64,000 nt of DNA from Patescibacteria group bacterium UBA7396 (GTDB lineage Bacteria; Patescibacteriota; Gracilibacteria; BD1-5; UBA6164): the NCBI GenBank assembly GCA_002470645.1, contig DKNE01000024.1, forward strand, positions 8,369-72,368. Direction: 5' to 3'. Position numbers and translations under genes: made by a program. Below, piece after piece: positions 23,801-33,452 of the stretch. Numbering within the stretch: the first letter of the stretch is position 1; every line of letters begins with the position of its first letter. A model generated the notes under the pieces. That model was not told where the DNA came from. It saw only the letters and a program-made list of their open reading frames with translations, and made no database searches.

Positions 23801-24241
23801 GAAAATAAAGCTGTAATTGCTAAATCATCTAACTCTTCTAAAAACTTAACTACTTCTGCATTAAGATTTACTGTAACTGCTTCTGGTAAAGATTCAGTAG
23901 TATTATCTGGTGCTACATTCGCTAACCTATTCTCTGGTTACGAAACTAGTAGTGGTAAAATAGTTGTTTATAAAGACTCAATTTCATCTAATAACAAATT
24001 AGGTGAAACTGCAGTTGGAACAACTACTGGAAATGTTACATTTACTGCTCAAAATACAGTAGATGCTGGTTCAACTAATGCATATATCGTAGTTCTTGAA
24101 GGAGTTGTTGCTCAATCAGGTGCTAATACATTAGATTGGCAAGTTTCACTTTCTAACTTAAACGTTGTTTCAGGAAGTGCTACAATTTCAGCTAACCAAT
24201 ATAACAATATGGGTGAATTCCCATTAACTGAAACTAGATAA
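20885..24241 (+). CDS. S-layer-like surface protein with N-terminal SLH-type domains and repeated beta-rich modules (1118 aa)
   Basis: This is the only long ORF that is intact in the standard-code track. It has a signal peptide (ALSIVLSVVAPVVGVKAADA) and two SLH-like segments (ITRREMLKVMMN; FSDLPASDWGCKYAEAALKAGFIAAN...VTEAEALKMI). An acidic linker and a Thr/Ser/Gly/Asn linker follow. After these come at least 5 repeats of a pattern like LAFRIKAENDSIKLRDLVF / LRFTVTASGKDSVVLSGATF. Codon usage is strongly biased (GCT/GGT/ACT/GTT/TCT). Confidence 0.75.
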   Translation: MSNTLFKKATASAAALSIVLSVVAPVVGVKAADASVDAANRLASLGVIVDNSANPSSYNLGSSITRREMLKVMMNLSSVEVTETCEGKFSDLPASDWGCKYAEAALKAGFIAANAKFRPNDLVTEAEALKMIMQARGVAAAEGVEPWGEAYRQAAVTAGVLSAGTTVSSTSAAKRSMVFVSADSAVSVTTGTSSEEDDTEIDLGDLFGDLFGEDGEDLETNTGSTSTGSTNNNTGSTVVVTGGDVEVSLNPASPTSGTQIPNVGTIRFAKVDFTAGDKDVSVNTIELGSVGLAAVPTSTRVWFEKDGRRLSGRAAFSSDRTAVVSFAPAYVVKAGSTETLDLYVELNTVAGNDFQFSGKITSSSAANNKGMFTTSALRTASYTVAPIDFESSGAGSIYNQSEDYVELGRFRVANRDTSSETRDVTFQSITLRQNGNGDLTDLSDLYIERNGVKVSKEVSTSGKDATFVLNDTVKDGASAIYYVKAKVLNVQNNNGDTYQFSLRNDQDLSAVEVLNGYRSTVTRVTSDLNTYTVNGSDVTFARDTSVELSKNYAKGTNDVVLLQGTVTTKTPITLEDLTLPFNSSVAVNQLFDTVYLQIGASTMTWSASSATGTTGSAVFNGLATVNSSATIKIYAKLKDNAPAANFRFEDLRLTSFATREYVSNQNRVDSAVGTISAVQVSVDSTGLSITRVDGLGNTNIAVGSKGVLVNGLSLAVTQGNDVNVSNAEYSLVGSSGSYANNAFATLYVDGTPVSTKTINGTTVKFDNLSKVVGKTAVKLELRVDFSDAYASGKFVAKLSNLDIIDTLTSNSITTYSVPSSAEFTVADAKGILSVSDNNPKASLFLAGDKDQRVLAFRIKAENDSIKLRDLVFTGSNLGNLSNFRVLTPTNKYLAATLSNGTSVEFKNLNPEDSIAQDRTETFYLVADINTNVNETFNVALDKSQVQVRGSNGTIKAIDASSVNVASNLHLVAENKAVIAKSSNSSKNLTTSALRFTVTASGKDSVVLSGATFANLFSGYETSSGKIVVYKDSISSNNKLGETAVGTTTGNVTFTAQNTVDAGSTNAYIVVLEGVVAQSGANTLDWQVSLSNLNVVSGSATISANQYNNMGEFPLTETR
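21494..21522 (+). repeat. 12-nt tandem repeat (GGTGATTTATTT x2.4) encoding GDLFGDLFGE in the acidic linker
   Basis: Direct reading of 21494-21522. Confidence 0.8.
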
Positions 24242-24282
24242 TTTTAGTTTGAGAGTTATAAAAAAATTATTCAATTAATTTT

Positions 24283-24317
24283 AAAAAGACTTATACGAAA
24301 GTATAAGTCTTTTTTTT
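24283..24317 (+). terminator. Strong rho-independent terminator after the S-layer-like gene
   Basis: AAAGACTTATAC-gaaa-GTATAAGTCTTT forms a 12-bp stem with a GNRA-type loop, followed by T7. Confidence 0.85.
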
Positions 24318-24365
24318 GCTTTTTGAGATGTTTTGTGTTATAATTGACTCAGTTATTAATAAAAT

Positions 24366-24863
24366 ATGATTATGGATTTTTCAAAATTGAAACAAAAAAC
24401 TTTAGAATTAAAAAATAAGGCAGTCGAAATGAAGGATAAAGCAGTTGAATTTTCAGCTGAAAAAATAAGTCAATCATGATTAGTTTTAAAAGAACAATCT
24501 GATTTAGAATCACTTATTTGAAAATCAGAAAATAAAATTATTACCTCAAAAGAATGAGATGAAAAGATTTTTGTAAAAAGAAGTATTTTAGTTGTTTGAA
24601 ATGGAGAAAAGGATTTTTTTAAAGAATTTTTAATCTCTATACCTGTTTTAGTTACTAAATCATTTTCACAAAGTCTTTCTATTAAAATTTTGGATATAAA
24701 CAATAAAAATATAAATATCGCTGAATATAATATTGACGATTTTCCTGCTCTGGTAGTATTTGAAAATAAAGAAGTTTATAAAATTATTACCTGAGAGGAT
24801 AATGTAAAAAAAGTTGTAAAAAGCTTAAATTTAGATATAAATAGAGCTATAGAAGAGATTTAA
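24366..24863 (+). CDS. Thioredoxin-fold protein without CXXC (165 aa)
   Basis: ATG at 24366, TAA at 24861-24863. The C-terminal part (ILVVGNGEKDFFKEF...IKILDIN...DDFPALVVFENKEVYKIITG) has a thioredoxin-like beta-alpha-beta pattern but no redox cysteines. Confidence 0.5.
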
Positions 24864-24901
24864 TGCTCTTTTACTTATAGGATATTTTTTAATTTTAAAT
24901 T

Positions 24902-25123
24902 ATGGAAGTGATAGAGATATTATACATTACTCTTACTATTTTTACTATTATTATAGGAACTCTTCTTTCTATAGTACTTTATAAGATTATAAAAGTTTTA
25001 AACATTATTATGGAAATAGTTGAAGTTTATAATAAAATAAAACAAATAATTAATTTATACTCACAAATTCCAGATATCATTTTTGAATATTTTAAAGATA
25101 TGATACTTTGAAAAAAGAAATAA
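24902..25123 (+). CDS. Small membrane protein (73 aa)
   Basis: Track ORF 24902..25111 extends through TGA to TAA at 25121-25123. One N-terminal TM helix is present (ILYITLTIFTIIIGTLLSIVLY). Confidence 0.45.
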
Positions 25124-25153
25124 AAAAATCGTGAATCATTTCACGATTTTTTT
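25124..25153. terminator. Bidirectional terminator between convergent genes
   Basis: AAATCGTGAA-tcat-TTCACGATTT forms a 10-bp stem flanked by A-runs and T-runs. It abuts the stop of the minus-strand PPIase gene. Confidence 0.7.
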
Positions 25154-26663
25154 AGTTTTTATATTCAACTAACTCTACTTCAAATTTTAAGTCTTTTCCG
25201 GCAAGAGGATGATTTAAATCTACTTTTACTGTAGTTGGAGTTACTTCTACTATTTCAAATTCACCATACATAGTTGGAAGTTTTACTCATACCTTTAATT
25301 CAAATCCATTATCTTCAAAATCTTTTAAATCCGTTTTTGGTACTTCTTGAATATTTTTTTCATCTCTTGGTCAGTATGCTTCTGATGCTTTTAGATTTAG
25401 AGTCTTTTTTTCTCCTGGCTTCATTCCTATCACTCAGGCATCAAATCAAGCTACTACTTGTTTAGGATCGGTTCATACCTCAAATTCAAAAGGAGTTCCT
25501 CTTGAGTAAGAGTTATCAAACTCTTTTCCATCATCTACAGTAGTTAATACATAATGTACAGCTATTTGATCTCATTTTTTTACAGCTCTATTTTTATTTG
25601 CTTCAAATTTTGCTTTTTTTTCATCTTCTGATTTTTTTAATTCTTCTTCTAGGCTGAAATCATATGGTTTTAAGCTTCCAGATTGATATTGAACCACCTC
25701 CATTTTTATAATTTTTATTTCTTTTTCAGGTTTATCATCTTTATCTGTTTTTGAGCTTGCGATTTTATCAACATTATCAAGACCATTTACTACTTGTCCA
25801 AAAACAGAGTGTTTATTGTCTAAAAAATTATTGTCTCTTTGGTTGATAAAAAATTGGCTTCCATTCGTGTTTGGACCTGAGTTTGCCATAGAAAGAGAAC
25901 CTCTGATATTGGTAAGTTTTGGAGTAAATTCATCTTCAAAAGCATCTCCATAAATACTTTCTCCTCCCATTCCAGTTCCTTCAGGATCTCCTCATTGAAT
26001 CATAAAGTCTTTTATAACTCTATGAAAAGTTAAATTATCATAGTATCCATTTTTAGAGAGAGCTAGGAAATTATTTGCTGTTTTTGGTACATCGCTGGTA
26101 AATAATTTAATTTCTAATTTTCAGTTAGTAGTGGTCATAATTACTCAAACATCACCTTCTTTAAATCATTCTAATTGGTAGGTATTTTTCATGGTTTCTC
26201 ATGTGTTAGTTGATAAATTTTCTCCCGTTCCAGAAACAGTTCCTGGGACAAGAAGTTCAGCTTGTAGTTCTTCGTAACTTATTTTTCCTCCACAAACTTT
26301 TTTGGTAATTTGTTTGTTTTCATCAAAGATAACAAAACTTGGTACATAGTCACATTTATCACCAGTTACTTCTTGGTAACTAATAGGATTTGAAGTATCT
26401 TGGGGAATAATATAATCACCTATAAATTTTTTACCATCAGTATTAATCAGTTGCATATTAACTTGGTCTTTATAATCTCTATAAAATTTATCAAGCACAG
26501 GTACTTCATCTCTACAGTGAGGACAAAAGGTTCCTACAAAACCTATAAAAGTTCTTTTTCCAGAAATATTATTTAAATCTATATTGGGATCAGTTTCTGG
26601 AGAGGCTTTTCCACAACTCACGAGAGCGAGACTTATAGCAAGTAGCGTAAGTATTTTTTTCAT
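25152..26663 (-). CDS. Predicted 503-aa lipoprotein fusing a thioredoxin-like (CPHC) module, a cyclophilin PPIase and a SlyD-like FKBP PPIase (under table 25). An internal ATG at 26192 would give a 346-aa cyclophilin-FKBP protein.
   Basis: The signal peptide has a lipobox (LALVSC), and the Trx fold carries FCPHC. The TGA at 26201-26199 is in frame with the ATG at 26192-26190. The cyclophilin module has [27 protein letters not shown] and [16 protein letters not shown]. The FKBP module has [22 protein letters not shown]...[13 protein letters not shown]...[18 protein letters not shown]. The first TAA/TAG in frame is at 25154-25152. Confidence 0.65.
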
Positions 26664-26719
26664 ATAAACAGGTTAAAAAATAACGGTTGTTATTGTATAG
26701 CTTTTTTAAAAAAATTCAA

Positions 26720-29700
26720 TTATTTTGTTTTGTCTAAGCTTGACTTTTTGATTTTAATAACTTTCCTTTCTGGATTTTTTTTCTTTTCTATCATAATATT
26801 ATAGAGATAGAGTAAAAAGTCTTCATCACCATGAAATTTTATACAACTACTTTTGAGACTTTGTAACGAGTGAACAATAAACTTGACTTCGCTATCTTTG
26901 TCGAGAAAATTTCTTAATTCCTCTAAGGAAATATCATTTCTAAATAGGATTTCATAGCTTACGCCATTCCTTTTTATGGAGCGTATTTTATAATCTCAGG
27001 CAATTATTTTTACTTCTAAGAGACGGAAAAGATTTTTATTTTCCTCTTTGAGTTCTCAAGAAAATTCTTTAAAATCCTCTATCAGATTATCCAATTCTTC
27101 CAGAGAGGATATGGATTCAATTTCTCTATAAAAGTTGAGTTTATCCAGATCAGAATCAAAAAAATCATCTTCGAGGTATGCCGATATATTGAGATCAATC
27201 GTGGTATCGAGTTTCTTTTTTATTTCTTCATTTTGAGAAGCATTTATTTCTTGAGAATATTTTAATTCCTCTACTTTATCTTCCAGGAGTTTTAAGTAGA
27301 CACTCATTCATACTTCACTTGATAATCCAGATTGATTGAGTCATAGTATATCTCATCCTCATCTGATCTCGAGATCTCTCATAGCCAGTTCAAACCCAGC
27401 TCATAAATGACTATATTCAACCATGGTAGTGAGCCTTTTGGCAGCATCTTCAGATATTTTTTCTCTTTTAAAGAGGAGATAACAGTATCCTGATTGATCT
27501 CATCTTCCCACTCTTCCTCTGAGTTGATGGATTTGACTGATTCAAAACTTGTAGGCTTCATTTATAATAATCGTATTTACATTTGGAAAATCGATACCAT
27601 TTTCAATAACGGTTGAAGAGAGGAGTATATCGTACTCTTTTCTTTTAAATGCCAAGATTCTGTCTTCGAGTTCGTGTCATGGGAGTTGTCCATGTGTTAC
27701 AACTACTTTTTTCTTTGGAAATAACTCACCCAGATATTTTGCCATACTTTCTATACTATCTACTCTGTTGTGAATAAAAAATAATTGTCATCATCTTTGA
27801 AATTCTTTATTTCCAGCATCTTTTATAATAGCATCATCAAATTTAGACACAAATGTTTCTACTCACTTTCTCATTGAGGGGGCTTTTGAGAGTATAGAAA
27901 CGCTTCTTATTCAGCTGAGCGCCATATTGAGACTTCTTGGTATTGGGGTAGCAGACATAGACAATATGTCTATATTTCCTTTCATTTCTTTTATTTTTTC
28001 TTTGTCTTTTACTCAAAATTTATGTTCTTCATCGATGACGAGAAGTCATAAGTCTTTATATTCAATGCTTTCTCCAAGGAGTCTATGGGTTCCTATGATG
28101 AGATCTATTTTTCCTTCTTTTAACTTTTTTAGGATTATATTTGCTTCTGAATTGGTTTGAAAGCGAGTGAGGAGTTCGATATTCAGAGGAAAACTGGAAA
28201 ATCTTTCACATGCTTTATTATAATGTTCATAAGCAAGTACTACGAGTGGAGAGATAATAATAGATTGTTTTCCACTCAGGAAAGCATTGTAAATCGCATT
28301 AAATGCTACTTCTGTTTTTCCAAATCAAACATCTCACACGAGAATTCTTTCCATAGGATTTTCGCTTCCCATATCTTGCATAATTTCTTCAATCGCATTT
28401 ATTTGATCTGGAGTATATTCATAGTCAAAACTTCTGGAAAATTTTGTCATTTCTTCTATATCATATTGGAAAGCAAACCCTTTAGAAAGTTTTCTTTTTG
28501 CATAAATTTCTAAGAGTTCTTCTGCTACTTTTTGGACATCTTCTCCAACCTTTTCTAGTTTTTTTGACCATTCTTTTGTAGAAAGTCCCGTAAGATTTGG
28601 ATGTTCATTCCCAATATATTTGCTCACTCTTGTTGTTTCTGTGATAGGAACAAAGAGTTTATCATTGTTTTTATAATGAATTTCTAGGTATTCTTTTTTT
28701 GAATTTCCGAGTTCTTTTTGGACAATTCATTCAAAGATTCAAATCCCGTGATCTATATGTACGACATAATCTCCAGGTTTGATTTGTAAGAGTAAATCAA
28801 GGTTTTGACTCAGAGATTTTTTGACTCTTTTTTTTACAAATATTTTAGACAAATTATCATCACAAATAACATAAAGTTGTTGTTTTTGAGAATTTCCTCA
28901 AAGAGTATTTATTTTTTTAAATGACTTTAAAATATTTAAATCAGTCGTATGAATTTCAATATTTTCTATGTTATTGTATTCTAAAAAAGTTTCTAGAGGA
29001 GTTTTATTTTTTGTATAAATAACTACTTTTGTATCTGATTTCAGGATTTTGATAAGATTTTCTAAATTGTCTATAAAAAGATCTGTGATATCAAGACTAG
29101 TTTGTTCAATGGAAGGATTTTTGAGTATATCTAAAGCAAAAATATTTTCGAGTTCTCAAAAATTTGGAGCTCACTCAAGTATATCAATATTGTCTAGAAT
29201 AAGATTTTTTTGTTTGATTAATTCGAGTAGTTCTTTATTAAAAGAATTTTCCAGAGAAAAAAAGTTTATATCTTCTATTTTTCAAAGAGTGATTTTGTCT
29301 ACATTTTTTGAATAAATTCCGTTTTCTATAAAGATACTTTCTACTGAATCTCACCAAAAACTTACGAGAATCGTTTCTTTTTTCCTTTTTAATTTTATAG
29401 ACAAGGTATCTCATGTTTTTTTATAGTTTCATCATTCTAAATGTTCACTGAAGCTATACCCAAAATCATTTAATTTTTTTAAGAGTTCATCTATTTCACA
29501 TGGCGTATCTTTTTCTAAAGTGATAGAATATTTATTTTCCAGTTCCCAATTATTTGGTAATTTGGCAAAAAATACATCGTAATTTACTATGAAGTTTCCG
29601 TTGTCGTTTTTGGCAAAATCTAAAAGCTGAGACAAGCAAGTTATCTCAGTGATGGGAGTGTTTAGGTATGGAAATATTTTCAAATATTTTTTTATATTTT

Positions 29701-29788
29701 CACTCTTGGTAATGATAAGAGAATTTTTTAAATTTTCTTGTATCAAAAGACTTCTGGAAAATATATTTCAGGTGTTGAGGTAGTGCAT
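26720..29788 (-). CDS. mfd: Transcription-repair coupling factor (1022 aa)
   Basis: The sequence contains [31 protein letters not shown], and RGGGDILGLNQSGL and [18 protein letters not shown] with Gly as TGA. I traced the frame codon by codon from 27510 to the TAA at 26722-26720. The start ATG is at 29788-29786, with a stop 15 nt upstream. Confidence 0.9.
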
Positions 29789-29814
29789 GATAGAGTTAAT
29801 TTTTTATTTTTAAA

Positions 29815-30018
29815 TTAAATCTTTTTAAAAAACTCAGTTCTTAAAACCATTTTTCCTGATTCTATGATTCCTTCTTCATCAGTGAGTTTTATGTTTTTAA
29901 ATTTATCGCCTCTTTTTATATCAGGAGCTCATTTTACTTTGAGGTCTTTTATAGCAATTACAGTGTCTCCGTCAGCCAAGATATTTCCATTTGCATCTTT
30001 TTGAATTATTTCGTCCAT
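29815..30018 (-). CDS. PhnA/YjdM C-terminal-domain protein (67 aa)
   Basis: The sequence [67 protein letters not shown] matches the PhnA C-terminal domain pattern (DGD.V..IKDLKVKG...LK.G). Confidence 0.7.
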
Positions 30019-30080
30019 ATATGTTTTTTAAAATCTAAAGTATTTTCATTATATAAAAACTCTTAAAAAATCATAATTTT

Positions 30081-30108
30081 TTGCATAAAAATTGAAAAAT
30101 AATATAAT
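30081..30108 (+). promoter_or_regulatory. Promoter candidate for tsaB (TTGCAT-16 nt-TATAAT)
   Basis: TTGCAT lies at 30081-30086 and TATAAT at 30103-30108. Confidence 0.45.
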
Positions 30109-30134
30109 TTAAAAAATTACTCCTAATACTCATT

Positions 30135-30689
30135 ATGAATATATTCCTAGATACTATTTCTGCAAAAAATGCACTGATACTTTTTGATGAAAAAAGAAAT
30201 ATTTTAGATACACATTTTTTTGATGTTCGCTTGAACGAATCAACCCTTTTAATAGAAGAATTTGATGCTTTTTTGAAAAAAAATAATGTAACATATACAG
30301 ATTTAGAAAATATCATTGTCGTGAATGGTCCCGGAAGTTTTACAGGAGTGAGAACGACAGTTTTACTCGTAAACACAATTAATTTTGTTTTGAAAAAAAA
30401 TATTACGACACTTACGTATTTTGATTTATTTGAAAAATATCCGATTGTAAAAACCTCTTCAAAGAGAGACTGTTTTATAAAAATGACACGCGAAAGTGAA
30501 ATAGAAATTATTCAAAATGAAGATTTGAAAGAAAAGTTTAAAGACACAAAAACTATTTATTGAGACATTGTTTTAGAATATATTGAAACGATAAGAGATG
30601 TCGATTATGAAAAAATTATAAAAAATATTTCCTTTCAAAATCAAAAAATTGCAGAAGCTTTTTATTTAAAAAAACCAAATATTTCTTAA
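30135..30689 (+). CDS. tsaB: tRNA threonylcarbamoyladenosine biosynthesis protein TsaB (184 aa)
   Basis: The motif VVNGPGSFTGVRTTVLLVNT is typical of TsaB/YeaZ. Track ORF 30135..30563 extends through TGA to TAA at 30687-30689. Confidence 0.8.
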
Positions 30690-30701
30690 AATGAAATTTC
30701 T

Positions 30702-31169
30702 ATGAAATTGAAAGAAAATGAAAAAATTATAAAAATTATTAAACCTCATTATTTTACTCTTTTGATATTGTGGTGATTTGCATGATTGAGTATAATTATA
30801 TCAGGAATAGTATATTTTTTACTCTGAGATTATCTTTATAAAATAATTATTTTTATAGGTTTATTACAAATAAGTGCTATTATTTTTTATTATCTTTTTC
30901 TCTCATTTGAACTTTCAATTTTTGTTGTTACAAATACAAGAGTTATCTATATTAAACAAATGAATATATTTCAACATAATTATGAGTACTGAAATTTTTC
31001 ACAATTACAGGCTATCAAGGTGGAACAAAAAGGATTTTTCTCAAATTATTTTTGATATGGAACTCTTATTATACAGACAAATTCATGAGAAAAAATATTT
31101 TTAAAATATATAAAAGAAGCTTTGTTAGAAGCTCAAGATTTGATAAAAATTATTAAAGATAATACATAG
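30702..31169 (+). CDS. Membrane protein with bacterial PH-like domain (155 aa)
   Basis: ATG at 30702. Two TM helices are followed by FVVTNTRVIYIKQ..., a YdbS/YdbT-like pattern. The stop is TAG at 31167-31169. Confidence 0.5.
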
Positions 31170-31234
31170 AATCTTGCTTTTTTGCAAAAAATAATTATTT
31201 TAAAACCAAAATTTACTTTTTAAATAGAAAAAAT

Positions 31235-32836
31235 ATGTTTGAATATGGAAATGAATCTCTTGATAGAATAGAAAAAATCAAAAAATTAAAAGAAGCCGGA
31301 GTTATAGTGTATGCAAATAATTATCACTGAAAACAAGATATTTCAGAAGTTGCAAAAAATAATTCAAATTTGAAAGAAGTAGAAGCTTTTCAAGAATCTG
31401 GAGCCGAAAAAAAATATCAAATTGCAGGAAGACTTATGAGTTATAAAAGTCATGGAAAACTTGCATTTGCAAAAGTTATGGACCAATCTGGAACTTTGCA
31501 AATTTGTTTTATGAAAGATAAAGTTCAATTTCATACTGGAAAAGATTTAGTTGATTCTTTAACTATTGAAGGAGAAGAAAAATCAGCATACAAAATCTCA
31601 GAAAAATTTATTAATGTTTGAGATTATATTTGAGTAAAATGAGATTTATTCCTTACAAAACATGGAGAACTCACTCTTTTTGTGAGTGAATTTCAAATAC
31701 TTTCAAAAGCAATTCGTCCACTTCCAGAAAAATTTCACTGAGTAACAGATCAAGAAACTCTTTATAGACAAAGATATTTAGATATGATTATGAATGATGA
31801 TTCATATCAAAGATTCATACTTAGAAGTAAATTTGTAAGAGCATTAAGAGATTTTTATGAAGAAAATAGATTTTTTGAAGTAGAAACTCCAGTTTTATGA
31901 AATGCAGCTTCAGGAGCAGCCGCAGCACCATTTATCACTCATCATAATGATTTTGATGAAGAATACTTTTTAAGAATTTCTCCTGAAACATTTTTAAAAA
32001 GAATTATGGTTTGAAGATTTGAAAGAGTAGTAGAATTTACAAGAAACTTCAGAAATGAAGGATCAGACCCAAGTCATATTCAAGAATTTTCTGCCATTGA
32101 ACATTATGCTGCTTGGTGGAATTTTGAAGATAATATGAAATTTACTGAAGAAATGTTTGAATATATTTTTGCAAAAGTACCAGAATTAAAAAAAGAAGTT
32201 TTAGTAAAAGATAAAGCTTGAGTAGAAAAATTAGTAAATTTTCAAACTCCTTGGCAAAGAATCGATTATGTTGAAGGAATTAAAAAAGTATGTGGTATTG
32301 ATGTTTCAATGTATTTTATTGGAGATGAGGAAAAATTAAGAGCTGATATTAAAGCAGCAGGAGTTGAATTTGAAGGAATGAATCAAATGGTAGTGCCAAC
32401 ACTTATTGATTATTTATTCAAAAAAGTTTTAAGACCAAGTATTGTTGGCCCAGCTTTTGTTTATAATTATCCAAAAACTATGCAACCACTTGCAAGACAA
32501 AATGATGAAAATCCAGCAATTGTTGAACAATTCCAATTAGTAGTAAATGGATGGGAAATTATAAAAGCCTATTCAGAACTTATTGATCCGAGTGTACAAA
32601 AAGCAAACTTTGATGCACAAGCAAAAGCAAAAGAAATGTGAGATGAAGAAGCAACTTCTTGAGATGATGATTTTGTATTTGCTATGGAATATGCAATGCC
32701 ACCACAATCAGGTTGGGGAATGTGAATTGAAAGAGTATTTTCTATTTTAACTCAGCAAGATAATCTAAGAGATGTAGTGCTTTTCCCACTTATGAAATCA
32801 CAAAAAAAAGATGAAAATAAAAAAGAAGGAAATTAA
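31235..32836 (+). CDS. lysS: Lysine--tRNA ligase, class II (533 aa)
   Basis: An OB anticodon-binding domain is present ([28 protein letters not shown]). Class II motifs are also present ([32 protein letters not shown], and GGGMGIERV with Gly as TGA). Track ORFs 31370..31621 and 32309..32641 are in the same frame. Confidence 0.9.
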
Positions 32837-33312
32837 TTTTCTTCTTTTTTTTGTCCAACTCCTAAAACTTGATTTAAAAAGTCAGCTATTTTTTGAGTTT
32901 CCATTTTATTTCTTGTATCATTAATTCAAAAAACTTTTTTTATGGTTTCAGCTCTTAAAAAAGTGGTATCAAACACTGTTCTGTTATCAACTTTTAAATC
33001 AATAATCGATTCTCTATCTCACTTTGTCCACCCATCTTCTCCGGCATAAAAGGGTGTATTATGTCAGGCTTTTGTGTATACAGAGATCATGTGTGCAATC
33101 AGTTGTAATGCTACTAATAAATCTTTTGAATTATAAAAATCTACTTCTAATTTTACTCCATTTATTTTTGCTTGAAAGACTCCATTTTCTTTTTTTTCAT
33201 AACTATAAAAATTATCTTGATGGTTGAGAGTATCAATTTTTGATTGTAGTGCATCCAAGTGACTATCAATTTGTTTTGATGTACTTTCAATTACTTCTTT
33301 TCCATTACTCAT
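32833..33312 (-). CDS. Hypothetical protein (159 aa)
   Basis: I traced track ORF 33064..33312 codon by codon through TGA to TAA at 32835-32833. Its stop overlaps the lysS stop within the palindrome AATTAATT. Confidence 0.5.
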
Positions 33313-33452
33313 AAAAATAGTATTATTAAATAATCTTTATCATCTTATCATACTTTTTCTCTATTTGCAAAAAATCAAACTTTTATGTTGTTAATTTTCA
33401 AAAAATAAGTATCTTACTTGTAAAAAATATTACTTAGTTACGAGTAAAAAGT

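Noticed and set aside
27379-28513. Track ORFs 27379..27561 (-), 27927..28160 (+) and 28157..28513 (+) lie within the mfd region.
   Set aside because: They are out of frame with or antisense to mfd. I traced the mfd frame through conserved motifs (IRGGGDILG, LGAGFELA, TPDQ...). These ORFs are by-products of AT-rich sequence and TGA fragmentation.
30071-30376. A 101-aa minus-strand ORF overlaps the tsaB start.
   Set aside because: It is antisense to the conserved TsaB motif region (NGPGSFTGVR) and spans the predicted tsaB promoter. No supporting features were found.
32833-32836. The overlap of the convergent lysS and hypothetical-gene stop codons within AATTAATT.
   Set aside because: It is real but trivial. 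Palindromic TTAA-type overlaps of convergent stops are expected in compact AT-rich genomes.
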